49,429 nt of DNA. Origin: Bifidobacteriaceae bacterium. Lineage in GTDB: Bacteria > Actinomycetota > Actinomycetes > Actinomycetales > WQXJ01. The stretch's first letter is position 1, and the number at the start of each line of letters is the position of its first letter. The stretch is taken from positions 1 through 49,429 of the forward strand of contig JAITLE010000216.1 of assembly GCA_031278075.1 (NCBI GenBank), written 5' to 3'. Below, piece by piece: positions 20,848 to 30,889 of this stretch. A model generated the notes under the pieces. The model was not told the DNA's origin. It saw only the letters and a program-made list of their open reading frames with translations, and ran no database searches. The position numbers and the translations under genes were made by a program.

Positions 20848-22095
20848 TCAAAGATCCTGAGGATCCTGTGCGCCGCCGTCGTCAGGCGCGGCGCGCCACC
20901 TGGCCCACCAAGACTCACCCAAGAGCCGGTCGGCGATCTCACGGGCGACTCCTTCGCCGCCCGCCGCGCGCGTGCGCAAGCGGGCGCCTTGGGCCGCTTC
21001 AGGCCACGCCGAGGCCACAGCCACCGGCCAACCCGCGACGCGGAACGCGGGCAAGTCGTTGACATCGTTGCCCACGAACATGACGCGTTCCGGCGCGATC
21101 CCGCGCCCGCGGCACCAGGCCGTCAAGGCCGCGGCCTTGTCGGCCACCCCGGCCAAGCACTCCAAGCGCAGCTTCGCGGCCCGCGCCCGCACCACATCAT
21201 TCTCCTCGCCGGACAGGATGGCGAGCGCCAAGCCGGCGCGCCGCAACGCGCCAAGCGCCAGCCCATCGGACCGGTTGACGACGACGCACTCGGCGCCGTC
21301 GGCGGCGACCAGCGCCGTGTTCGGCGTCAGGACGCCATCGAAATCGAACACGACCGCGTCCACGTCAGTCCGGGTCGGCCATGGCGCGCCATCGGGGCCG
21401 TCAAGGAGCGGAGCGAGGCGGCGCGCCCAAGCCAACTGGTCGGCATCGTCCACCTCTAGCAGCCGCTCTGGTGGTGTGGCGACCGCCGCGACCGTCCCGA
21501 AGAATCGGTTCCCCACCGCCAAGAACTGTTCGGTGCGCACCGCGTACGCGGCCCCGGTCTCCAAATGGCGGGGCGCCAGCTCTTGCCGACGGCGCCGGCC
21601 GGCCAAGTGGTCGTGGTCCACGCCGACGACGCCCGGGCCGTCCTCGCGCCACACGAAGCCGTGGAACGGGACCGCGGTGAACGCGCAGTCGGCGCCGCCG
21701 GCGACCGCTTCCACCACACCGTCGATCTCGGCGGATGTCACAAACGGGCTGGTGGCCTGGATCATGACCGTGACCTCGGGCGTCTCGCCCCTGGCGGCGG
21801 CGCGCTCCAGGATGGCGTGGCGCAGGGCGTCCTCGGAGGCGGACGCGTCAGTGGCGAGTTCGGCGGGCCGGTCGACGACTTGGGCCCCAGCCGCGCGCGC
21901 GGCCTGGGCGATCAACGGATCGTCCGTGGAGACGGCCACCTCGGTCACGCGGGACGCCGCCCGGGCCGCCGCCACCGCGCGCGCCACAAGAGGCTGGCCT
22001 GCGACCAACGCCACGTTCTTACCCGGAACCCCCTTGGACCCGCCACGAGCGGGCACCACTGCTAACACATACACGTCGGGCGCGGTTCTCCTCAA
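20848..22095 (-). CDS. neuA: bifunctional CMP-nonulosonate synthetase (NeuA-type cytidylyltransferase) / KdsC-like HAD phosphatase
   Basis: N-half AVVPARGGSKGVPGKNV ... MIQATSPF. C-half HAD motifs VVFDFDGVLT ... LSGE ... FVGNDVNDLPAF. The track start is a TTG at 22095; a GTG at 22074 is an alternative. Confidence 0.85.
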   Translation of the reverse strand: MRRTAPDVYVLAVVPARGGSKGVPGKNVALVAGQPLVARAVAAARAASRVTEVAVSTDDPLIAQAARAAGAQVVDRPAELATDASASEDALRHAILERAAARGETPEVTVMIQATSPFVTSAEIDGVVEAVAGGADCAFTAVPFHGFVWREDGPGVVGVDHDHLAGRRRRQELAPRHLETGAAYAVRTEQFLAVGNRFFGTVAAVATPPERLLEVDDADQLAWARRLAPLLDGPDGAPWPTRTDVDAVVFDFDGVLTPNTALVAADGAECVVVNRSDGLALGALRRAGLALAILSGEENDVVRARAAKLRLECLAGVADKAAALTAWCRGRGIAPERVMFVGNDVNDLPAFRVAGWPVAVASAWPEAAQGARLRTRAAGGEGVAREIADRLLGESWWARWRAAPDDGGAQDPQDL

Positions 22096-22200
22096 TCGAG
22101 TGGGGGGTCAGGCTCCAGAATCACAGCAAACGTACCTGGCGGCCGCGCGACGGGTCAAACCGGGCGGCGGCCAACCGGCCACCGTGAGCCGAAGCCGCCG

Positions 22201-22830
22201 CTAGGCTGGCAAGACTGCACGCGACAGCGCGGAATCGCTATGGATCGTGACCTCGACACCCATCTGGCGGACGGTCTCGATTCCTCTCAAGGTCACCGAC
22301 ACCTGGTCCGAGGCGCGGTGGAGATCGACATCTGATCCCCGTTTGGCTTGATCGAATCGAGTGTTGGTCGACCAGTAGAGCAGCGGCACACCCCAGAGCT
22401 GGACGCTGCGCACGCGGGCCCAGGCAAGAATCTGCAAGATGCCGTGAACGGCGTTGTAGCCGTGGAACACGCCGATTCGCGGATCGCGTGAAAAGCCCAC
22501 ATAGCCGAGCATCCGCACTCCAATCGCGCGGCGGCCGACGTTGGGCGGCAGCTGGGGGATGATCCGTTCGTTGACCACGAGTGCCCCGGCGCGGGCGATG
22601 TGCGGCAGCAAGGTGCTAGACCGGCGGCGGAGGAAGCGTTCGTCCTGGATCCACGTCAGATGGGCTTGCCTGTCCATGCGCGCTAACAGGGACAAGCCCG
22701 CGTTGACAGTCGCCACCGCCTGTCCAGCGCCGACGGTCCCGTCCCAATCGGTGACTGTGGGGCCGTTGCCGAGCAGGATGATCTCGCGCCCTTCGACCAC
22801 CCGGGCCAGATCCGCTAGCGTCTGGGCCAT
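22201..22830 (-). CDS. hypothetical protein, GT42/MAF(DUF115)-like candidate nonulosonate transferase
   Basis: 209 aa. N-terminal REIILLGNGPTV matches the (I/V)IAGNGPSL start of CstII-type sialyltransferases and Maf proteins. Later YNAVHGILQILAWARVRSVQLWGVPL and DVDLHRAS parallel the CstII SGVYMCAVAIALGYKEIYLSGIDF and catalytic-His segments. Confidence 0.4.
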   Translation of the reverse strand: MAQTLADLARVVEGREIILLGNGPTVTDWDGTVGAGQAVATVNAGLSLLARMDRQAHLTWIQDERFLRRRSSTLLPHIARAGALVVNERIIPQLPPNVGRRAIGVRMLGYVGFSRDPRIGVFHGYNAVHGILQILAWARVRSVQLWGVPLLYWSTNTRFDQAKRGSDVDLHRASDQVSVTLRGIETVRQMGVEVTIHSDSALSRAVLPA

Positions 22831-23864
22831 GTGGCTTCACTCCCGTTCAGTTCGATCTTTCCCCCACGGGCGAGCAAGTCCTGGAGTATCCGCGCCACTT
22901 GACCATCTCGAATCCACGATTCGTAGCCGTAGACGGCGGCGGATCGAATCCCGATGTAGTTCGCGGAGCTGATCAAAGACTCGAGGCGGTCCCAGTAAGT
23001 CGCTTCACCCGTCAGCAAGTCGGGGGCGATCGATGTGGCGGCTTCGATGACGATGTCGGCTCCGGACCAACTGCTCGGCCCAGCGCCGGCTTCACCCCGG
23101 AGTCTGAACAGATACTCGCCCGCCGGTCGGGACGTGGACGCGATGAAGTTGCGGACAGCCGCGCCCACCTCGTCAAGAGCGCCGATGGCGCTGCGGAAGG
23201 GGACAGCATCGTCTTGGAGGGCCGCCGCGGCCTCCGCGGTGGCCAAGACGACCGACGCGCCGGCTAAGTCGACGCCCCCTGCGAGAGGGCGAGTCAGCAC
23301 GACGACGACGCGGGTGTGCGGCCAGAAGTGAGCCAGCAGCACCGGCAGCTGGTCCTGTGGGTCGACCGCGACGATCACTTTAGGGGTGCTCACCGCCAGC
23401 GAGGCGCCGGGGAGACGGACTGGCCGCAGCGTGAGCAGCTCGCTCAACGTGGGGACCGCCAACCGGAACGGGTTGATGACTTGAACGCGGGCGATCATGA
23501 CTCTGCCGAAATCGACGCTCGTCAGCGACTCGGTCACCGAGTCCGCGTTGCGCCCGGCAAGGCCGCCCCACACCAGCACCAATCCGACGCGGGCTTGCAC
23601 GGGTCCCAGGCCGCCCGGCGCGAAGGCCGCCCGGCCGAGGAGAGCCCCAATCCCAGGAATCATGTGCATCGACTGGCCTGTCATATGCAACCGGAGAGCG
23701 ACCGGCAACGCGGTCAAGCGACGCCTCGGGCGGGCGCCGAAAGCGGCCTTGGCGCGCAGCGCCATAGTCTGGGCAAGCGGACTGGCCTTGACGCGCCGTG
23801 TCAGACCCTTCCACGCCCGCGCGCGGACTCGTCTCATCTTCGCTCTACAGGATGCCATGCGCAC
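22815..23864 (-). CDS. hypothetical protein (basic N-terminus), member of the glycan operon
   Basis: 349-aa ORF, 4 nt after the upstream GT and overlapping the downstream gene by 16 nt. No family recognised. Confidence 0.5.
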   Translation of the reverse strand: MRMASCRAKMRRVRARAWKGLTRRVKASPLAQTMALRAKAAFGARPRRRLTALPVALRLHMTGQSMHMIPGIGALLGRAAFAPGGLGPVQARVGLVLVWGGLAGRNADSVTESLTSVDFGRVMIARVQVINPFRLAVPTLSELLTLRPVRLPGASLAVSTPKVIVAVDPQDQLPVLLAHFWPHTRVVVVLTRPLAGGVDLAGASVVLATAEAAAALQDDAVPFRSAIGALDEVGAAVRNFIASTSRPAGEYLFRLRGEAGAGPSSWSGADIVIEAATSIAPDLLTGEATYWDRLESLISSANYIGIRSAAVYGYESWIRDGQVARILQDLLARGGKIELNGSEATWPRR

Positions 23865-23868
23865 GATC

Positions 23869-24906
23869 CTATGCCAGCTGGTCCGCGGCTAAGCCGTCGG
23901 GCGCGTCAGGGGCCTGAGAGGAATCGGGAAGACCGACCTCGCGGTACAGCTCGTCGTACAAGACGACGACCCGACTAGGCCTGAGGTGCGTCCAAAAATA
24001 GGCGTGCGAGGCGCGGCGGGCCGCGGCGAGCGCGGACGAGTCGTGAGCGAGTTCCCGCATGCGGTCGACGAACTCTTGCTCGTTTGTGATCAGCCACGGC
24101 GGAGCCTCGGCTGTCCTCGCCCCCATCTGGAGAGCAGCGACAGCCTCCGAGTCTGCGGCGTTGACGACGACGCCACCGCACGCCATCGTCTCGTAGGTGA
24201 CCAAGTGGAATCCTCCCGTCACGACTTCGTCGATCCCGAATTCGGCAATCCGGCGCAACGCGATGAGCTTCTCCGGGGGCCAGTCCGAGGCGGTCACCAC
24301 TTGCGCCCACCGGGCGTGGCGGAGCGCTCCGAGATTGGCGGAGAACGTTGGAGAACTCTTGCGCGCCCAACGGTTCGACGAGTCTGTGGACGGCGAGTAG
24401 ACCACCCGAACCGGATCGTTGGGTTCTTCCCAAGGGCGCACGTCTTCGCTCAGGCCATCTCGGAACAGGCAGTTCGGAAGGATCCGAAAGCTGGGGAACA
24501 TCCTCGGATGCGCTTGCGCCACCGCGAGCTTGGCGGCCCAGTCGATCCCATGGTCCGAAGACAGGTCCTGGTAGATCGGGCGTTCGCCTATCGGAGAATG
24601 CGCCTGGTAGACGATCGGGACTCGCGCGGTCACCCCAAGTTCTGCAAGCCACTCCAAGGCGAACCTCGGCACGAAGTTATGCACGTGGATCAGATCAGCT
24701 TGGACCACGCGGTCGACGAAGATGGCCCGATCGACATCGGACTCAGCGATCGGCACAGAGCCGGCGGCGATAGCGTCCCTGGCCCTGGCGTAGTCGCCGC
24801 AGCGCAGGTGTACGGCCTCGTGCCCAAGGAAGACCCGCTGCGCCGTCGCGAGCATGGATGGCGCGCCAGCCAGCGTAGAAGGTGAGATATGGACGATCCT
24901 GCTCAT
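23869..24906 (-). CDS. GT-B fold (GT4-like) glycosyltransferase
   Basis: 345 aa. C-terminal GFHLVTYETMACGGVVV resembles the EX7E region (EGFGLxxLEAMAxGxPVV) of GT4 enzymes. Confidence 0.6.
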   Translation of the reverse strand: MSRIVHISPSTLAGAPSMLATAQRVFLGHEAVHLRCGDYARARDAIAAGSVPIAESDVDRAIFVDRVVQADLIHVHNFVPRFALEWLAELGVTARVPIVYQAHSPIGERPIYQDLSSDHGIDWAAKLAVAQAHPRMFPSFRILPNCLFRDGLSEDVRPWEEPNDPVRVVYSPSTDSSNRWARKSSPTFSANLGALRHARWAQVVTASDWPPEKLIALRRIAEFGIDEVVTGGFHLVTYETMACGGVVVNAADSEAVAALQMGARTAEAPPWLITNEQEFVDRMRELAHDSSALAAARRASHAYFWTHLRPSRVVVLYDELYREVGLPDSSQAPDAPDGLAADQLA

Positions 24907-25288
24907 TGAGTGGTTCCCTTTCGATCATTGGCCGCGCCGCGCCCAGAATACCCTCGACGACGCCCGCGCTCGGCCCGCGGGGTTGTCCATGTCGCGGCCG
25001 GGGCCGGCCTGGTTTGGCTCGGTGGGGCGGCGCCGGGGCGCGCACGGGCCCGCTTGTGGGGGCTTCGCGCCGATCTGGGCGGCCACCTCGCCACCGACTG
25101 ACGGAAACGGTTGGGGCGCATCCGCCGGTGTGCCCAGATGCGGGCCGCGGCGCGCCGAGTCACGGCGCCGACGAAGACAGCCCGTCGGCGCGGGCCGTGG
25201 GTTCACCAGTGGCTGAGTTAGAATCGCCCAATGCCTGCGATGCGCCCGCCACGCCCCTGCCGATCCACAGCCGCGGCCGTGCCACGCC

Positions 25289-26335
25289 TTGATCGCCGCT
25301 GACCGCGGCGAGGCTCTGGCCCTCGTCGAAAGCCCCGCGCAGCTCCTGCACGCCTTGGAGTACTGGTGGGACGCTTACGGCGCCGGGGCGCCCGCGCGCT
25401 TCAAGATCGCGATCCTGGCCCCGGACAGGGGACCCGACGCGCGTCAACTCGCCGCGCTGTTCCGCATGGCCGAGACCGAGGGTGTCGCCGCGCGCTGGTT
25501 CGGGGCGCGGCGGTCACGGACGCGCTGGGTTCACGCGGCGGCGAGTTTGGCGCGGCGGACGGCGCGCCCGCTGGTGGTGGGCGACCCGTTCTCGGGGCTT
25601 ATCCAGGCGATCATGGCGATCCGGCGCCCGCACGGCGTGGTCGTGGTCGACGACGGCGCCGCGACCCTCGAGTTCGTCCGGCGGCTCGCCGCGGCCAAGC
25701 CGCTGACGCGGCCCGCCGACCAGCGCGACGGTTTGGGCGCGCGGCTGGGCGGCCGCCTAGCCCGCCACACGGTCGCCACGCTGCGTTCCCTCGACCACCT
25801 CGAAGTCTTCACCACGATGCCGGTGGATCGGCTAGCCGCGGCCGCGAGCCTCGGGCACGCTCACTTCACCACCCATTCCTACGCCTGGCTGAAACACCGT
25901 TTCCCGCACCCGCCCGCGTGGCCCGGGACTGACATCGTCGGCTCGTCGCTGGCGGCCACGGGCGTGTTGGACGGCGCCGCCTACCTCGAGGCGATCAGCG
26001 CTCAGGCGGCCCGCGGCGACGGGCCGGTGCGCTACTGGGCGCACCGCCGCGAGTCGGAAGAAGGCTTGGCCCAAGTGGCCCGGCGCGCCGGCGCCCTGAT
26101 CATCCGCTCCGACTGGCCGCTGGAGTTGGCGCTGCGCCGCCGTGGCGTGGGCGACCGCGTCGTCGCCCTGCCCACATCCGCCGTCTTCACACTGCCTAGG
26201 GCGCTGGCTGATCTGTCCGTCAGCTTCGAGGTGATCGCGCCCGAGCCGGATTGGTTCGCCCCGACCGCCAGCGCCCGTTCGGTCGCCCAGCTCAGGCGCC
26301 TGACCGCGTTGGCCCGCGGCGCCACGGCTGAGTGA
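25289..26335 (+). CDS. hypothetical protein, candidate sialyl/polysialyl-transferase-like enzyme (GT38/GT52-type motifs)
   Basis: 348 aa with a TTG start. N-terminal LALVESPAQLLHALEYW, VVVVDDGAATLEF (D/E-D/E-G-type motif) and RYWAHRRESEE...PLELAL in place of the HP-motif segment. A TAGAAT at 25219-25224 is a possible -10. Confidence 0.4.
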   Translation: MIAADRGEALALVESPAQLLHALEYWWDAYGAGAPARFKIAILAPDRGPDARQLAALFRMAETEGVAARWFGARRSRTRWVHAAASLARRTARPLVVGDPFSGLIQAIMAIRRPHGVVVVDDGAATLEFVRRLAAAKPLTRPADQRDGLGARLGGRLARHTVATLRSLDHLEVFTTMPVDRLAAAASLGHAHFTTHSYAWLKHRFPHPPAWPGTDIVGSSLAATGVLDGAAYLEAISAQAARGDGPVRYWAHRRESEEGLAQVARRAGALIIRSDWPLELALRRRGVGDRVVALPTSAVFTLPRALADLSVSFEVIAPEPDWFAPTASARSVAQLRRLTALARGATAE

Positions 26336-26350
26336 CCGAGTCCCCAACCA

Positions 26351-26391
26351 GGGCGGACCACCAGGGCTTCGGGCCCGGCCGCGGTCCGCCC
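26351..26391. terminator. hairpin between convergent genes (possible bidirectional terminator)
   Basis: GGGCGGACC (26351-26359) pairs with GGTCCGCCC (26383-26391). Located between the stops at 26335 (+) and 26400 (-). No U-tract. Confidence 0.4.
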
Positions 26392-26399
26392 CGAGCGGC

Positions 26400-26744
26400 T
26401 CAGACGCCGACCCGCGAGTGTTCGCGCGGCATCCGCGCGCGCAACTCCTTGTGACGTTCGCCGCCGGCGTGTGTGGCGAGCATCCCCGGGCCGATGTGGC
26501 CCGCGGTCAAGTCCGTCACCAAGAGGGTGCAGACATGCCCTGGCTCGACGCCCTCAACCCGGTCCCCGCCCACCACTATGGCCTCGATCAGACCGTGGCG
26601 TTTGGAGTGCAGTCCGTGTATGTCGACTGCCTGACCAGGGGTTATTCGACCCAGTTCGACTAGTCCCGAGATCGCCGTGCCGCCCTCGACGAGGAAGACC
26701 TGTTCGATCTCGAACTGGAATTCTGAGGGCTGTGACTCTTCCAC
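26400..26744 (-). CDS. stand-alone EF-Tu domain II-like (translation-factor beta-barrel) protein
   Basis: Track ORF trimmed to the GTG at 26744, which is preceded by GAGAGGAG with a 7-nt spacer. 114 aa. FQFEIEQVFLVEGGTAISGLVELGRITPGQAVDIHGL...VEGVEPGHVCTLLVTDLTAGHIGPGMLA aligns with tuf domain [40 protein letters not shown]...[29 protein letters not shown]. Confidence 0.65.
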   Translation of the reverse strand: MEESQPSEFQFEIEQVFLVEGGTAISGLVELGRITPGQAVDIHGLHSKRHGLIEAIVVGGDRVEGVEPGHVCTLLVTDLTAGHIGPGMLATHAGGERHKELRARMPREHSRVGV

Positions 26745-26853
26745 TATGGAGCTCCTCTCTGAGCTGAGACAGGATGACTCCCATCCTAACGGGCCTACCT
26801 GGCAATGGCGCGACTGCCGACCGGGCACGCGCGCGCCCACCGCGCCGACGCGA

Positions 26854-26884
26854 CGATGCCGCCCGGCGGAACCGGACGGCATCG
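26854..26884 (-). terminator. hairpin downstream of tuf (terminator/attenuator candidate)
   Basis: 13-bp stem CGAUGCCGUCCGG/CCGGGCGGCAUCG with one U-G pair and a 5-nt loop, 23 nt after the tuf stop. No clear U-tract. Confidence 0.45.
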
Positions 26885-26906
26885 TGCACGGGCGAACTGC
26901 GCGGAG

Positions 26907-28094
<1,188 letters not shown>

Positions 28095-28136
28095 TGTGTC
28101 CCTCCTAAGGACTTGGGTAGTTGAGCCTTCCGGCGC

Positions 28137-28169
28137 CTATTGAACACTTGACCGCCCGGCCCTTGTCAA
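28137..28169 (-). promoter_or_regulatory. candidate tuf-proximal promoter (-35 TTGACA)
   Basis: Minus strand reads TTGACA (28164-28169), then 19-20 nt, then TTCAATA. The -35 is perfect but the -10 is poor, so the call is weak. Confidence 0.25.
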
Positions 28170-28255
28170 ATCGGCCGGTCGGCCACGTGCCCACTAGGCG
28201 ACGCGCTGGTCTTCTACGGGTCGTTACCTACTTATTCTCTACTACTCGTGGCAAG

Positions 28256-30358
28256 TCACTCGCCCCGGGTCTTCTTGACGATCTCCTCAGCAACGCTTCG
28301 GGGAACTTCAGCATAGCTATCGAACTGCATCGTGTAGACCGCACGCCCCTGAGTCTTGGAACGCAGATCCCCGACGTAGCCGAACATTGTGGACAGCGGC
28401 ACGCGGGCGCGCACCACCTTGACCCCGCCGGCGTCCTCCATCGACTGGATGTGGCCCCGCCGCGCGTTCAGGTCGCCGATCACCTCTCCCATGTGACGCT
28501 CGGGGGTCCGCACCTCCACGTCCATGATCGGTTCCAGCAGAGCCGGGTCGGCTTTCCGGACAGCCTCGCGGAAGACCATCGAACCGGCCGTCTTGAAGGC
28601 GAGCTCCGAAGAGTCGACCTCATGGTACTGGCCGTCCAGCAGGGTCGCTTTGACGCCCACCACGGGATAGCCCGCCAACGGTCCCGTGGACATCGCGTCC
28701 AAGATGCCGGCCTCGACGGACGGGACGTACTCCCTCGGGACCCGGCCGCCGACCACCTTGTTGGCGAACTCGAAGATCGCCTCGCCGTCCAACGGCAAGG
28801 GCGCCAACGCGATCTGCACCTTGGCGTACTGGCCGGAGCCACCGGTCTGCTTCTTGTGGGTGTACTCGACCTTCTCGACCGGCCGCCGGATCGTCTCACG
28901 GTAGGCGACCTGGGGCCTCCCGATGTTCGCGACCACCTTGAACTCCCGCCGCATGCGGTCCACCAAGATGTCGAGGTGGAGTTCGCCCATCCCCGCGATG
29001 ATCGTCTGTCCGGTGTCCGGGTTGAGGGACACGCGGAACGTCGGGTCCTCCTCCGCGAGCTTTTGGATGGCGGTCGACAGCTTCTCCTGGTCGGAGCGCG
29101 AGTTCGGCTCGATCGCCACCTGGATGACAGGTTCCGGGAACGTCATCGACTCGAGCAGCACCGGATGGGCCGGGTCGCACAACGTGTCGCCAGTGGTGGT
29201 GTCCTTCAGCCCGACCACGGCGTAGATGTGGCCGGCGGTGATGTCCGGGACCGGGTTCTCCTTGTTCGAGTGCATCTGGAACAGTTTGCCGATCCGCTCC
29301 TTGCGGCCCTTGGCGGAGTTCAACACCGCCGACCCCTGCGCCACATGCCCCGAATACACCCGAACATAAGTCAGCTTGCCATAGAACGGGTGGGCGACCA
29401 CCTTGAACGCCAGCGCCGCGAACGGCTCGGCTGCCGAAGGCAGCCGGATGATCTCGTGAGACGCGTCCTTCGGGTCGAAGCCGAGCATCGGCGGCACGTC
29501 CAGCGGCGACGGGAGGTAGGCGATGACGGCGTCCAGCATCGGCTGCACACCCTTGTTCTTGAAGGCGGAACCACAAAACACCGGGAAGACCTCGCCCGCC
29601 AAGGTCATGGCGCGAACGCCCGCCATGATCTCTTCGGAGGACAGCGACCCGGTCTCGAGGTACTTCTCCAGGAGCTCCTCAGATCCCTCGGCGGCGGTCT
29701 CCATCAGGGCGGCGCGGTATTCGGCCGCTAGACCAGCTAGATCCTCGGGGATCGGCTCGACCTTGTAATCCTCGCCCTTCTTGACCTCGCCCGCCCAGGT
29801 CAACGCACGCATCTCCAGCAGGTCGACCACGCCCCGGAAGGAGTTCTCCGAACCGATCGGCAACTGCATCACGACAGGCCGGGCGCCCAACCGGTCCACG
29901 ATCGTCTTGACCGTGAAGAAGAAATCCGCCCCGAGTTTGTCCATCTTGTTGATGAAGCAGATCCGCGGCACGTTGTACTTGTCAGCCTGCCGCCAGACGG
30001 TCTCCGACTGGGGCTCGACGCCCTCCTTGCCGTCGAAGACGGCCACCGCCCCGTCCAACACCCTGAGGGACCGCTCCACCTCGACCGTGAAATCCACGTG
30101 GCCCGGAGTGTCGATGATGTTGACCTGGTGATCCTTCCAGAAGCAAGTGGTCGCGGCGGATGTGATCGTGATGCCGCGTTCCTGCTCCTGCTCCATCCAG
30201 TCCATCGTCGAAGCCCCGTCGTGGGTCTCCCCGATCTTGTAGTTGATGCCCGTGTAAAACAAGATGCGCTCGGTGACGGTGGTCTTACCGGCGTCGATGT
30301 GCGCCATGATGCCGATGTTGCGGACCTGCTTCAGGTCGGTCAGCACGTCCAGTGCCAA
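28256..30358 (-). CDS. fusA: elongation factor G
   Basis: 700 aa: [26 protein letters not shown] ... [10 protein letters not shown] ... full-length EF-G-like sequence. Confidence 0.98.
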   Translation of the reverse strand: MALDVLTDLKQVRNIGIMAHIDAGKTTVTERILFYTGINYKIGETHDGASTMDWMEQEQERGITITSAATTCFWKDHQVNIIDTPGHVDFTVEVERSLRVLDGAVAVFDGKEGVEPQSETVWRQADKYNVPRICFINKMDKLGADFFFTVKTIVDRLGARPVVMQLPIGSENSFRGVVDLLEMRALTWAGEVKKGEDYKVEPIPEDLAGLAAEYRAALMETAAEGSEELLEKYLETGSLSSEEIMAGVRAMTLAGEVFPVFCGSAFKNKGVQPMLDAVIAYLPSPLDVPPMLGFDPKDASHEIIRLPSAAEPFAALAFKVVAHPFYGKLTYVRVYSGHVAQGSAVLNSAKGRKERIGKLFQMHSNKENPVPDITAGHIYAVVGLKDTTTGDTLCDPAHPVLLESMTFPEPVIQVAIEPNSRSDQEKLSTAIQKLAEEDPTFRVSLNPDTGQTIIAGMGELHLDILVDRMRREFKVVANIGRPQVAYRETIRRPVEKVEYTHKKQTGGSGQYAKVQIALAPLPLDGEAIFEFANKVVGGRVPREYVPSVEAGILDAMSTGPLAGYPVVGVKATLLDGQYHEVDSSELAFKTAGSMVFREAVRKADPALLEPIMDVEVRTPERHMGEVIGDLNARRGHIQSMEDAGGVKVVRARVPLSTMFGYVGDLRSKTQGRAVYTMQFDSYAEVPRSVAEEIVKKTRGE

Positions 30359-30418
30359 GGGGTTTTCCTCACTCTTCTTCCGTCCGGCCCGCCGCCGGTC
30401 CGACCCACCGCCCGGCTG

Positions 30419-30889
30419 TCACCAGCGGTAGTGGGCGAACGCGCGGTTGGCCTCAGCCATCTTGTGGGTGTCCTCGCGGCGTTTGACCGCCGCGCCCAAG
30501 CCGTTTGAGGCGTCGATGATCTCGTTCATCAGACGCAAGGTCATGGTCTTCTCGCGCCGGGCCCGGCTGTAGCCCACCAGCCAGCGCAGCGAGAGGGTGG
30601 TGGCGCGGCCGGGCTTGACCTCGACCGGCACCTGGTAGGTGGCGCCGCCGACGCGACGCGACTTGACTTCCAGCGAGGGGCGGATGTTGTCCAGGGCGCG
30701 TTTGAGCAACGTCACGGCGTCACTCCCCGTCTTCTCGGCCGCGCCGTCCAGCGCGCCGTAGACGATCGACTCGGCGATGGTCTTCTTCCCGTCCAGCAGG
30801 ATCTTGTTGACCAACTGAGTGACCAGGGCGCTGCCGTAAACCGGGTCTTGCACCAGAGGGCGTTTGGGCGCCGGCCCCTTGCGCGGCAT
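30419..30889 (-). CDS. rpsG: 30S ribosomal protein uS7
   Basis: Track ORF trimmed to the ATG at 30889 ([20 protein letters not shown], 156 aa). TGATG overlap with the rpsL stop. Confidence 0.96.
   Translation of the reverse strand: MPRKGPAPKRPLVQDPVYGSALVTQLVNKILLDGKKTIAESIVYGALDGAAEKTGSDAVTLLKRALDNIRPSLEVKSRRVGGATYQVPVEVKPGRATTLSLRWLVGYSRARREKTMTLRLMNEIIDASNGLGAAVKRREDTHKMAEANRAFAHYRW

Noticed and set aside
22128-22158. TTGACC-N19-TACGTT on the minus strand as a promoter for the neuA-neuB part of the locus.
   Set aside because: The hexamers are plausible, but the 19-nt spacer is long and I cannot score it. Left as a note rather than a feature.
17933-26335. Glycan locus considered as a horizontally acquired genomic island or mobile element.
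   Set aside because: No integrase, transposase, tRNA target or flanking direct/inverted repeats. Strand and apparent codon style match the surrounding core genes, so it is reported as an accessory locus only.
26400-26744. Possibility that the EF-Tu domain-II-like ORF is a tuf pseudogene fragment.
   Set aside because: Not called a pseudogene. The frame is intact with its own SD/GTG, similarity to the adjacent tuf is only remote at the protein level, and no flanking tuf-derived sequence is visible. This remains an alternative until expression is shown.
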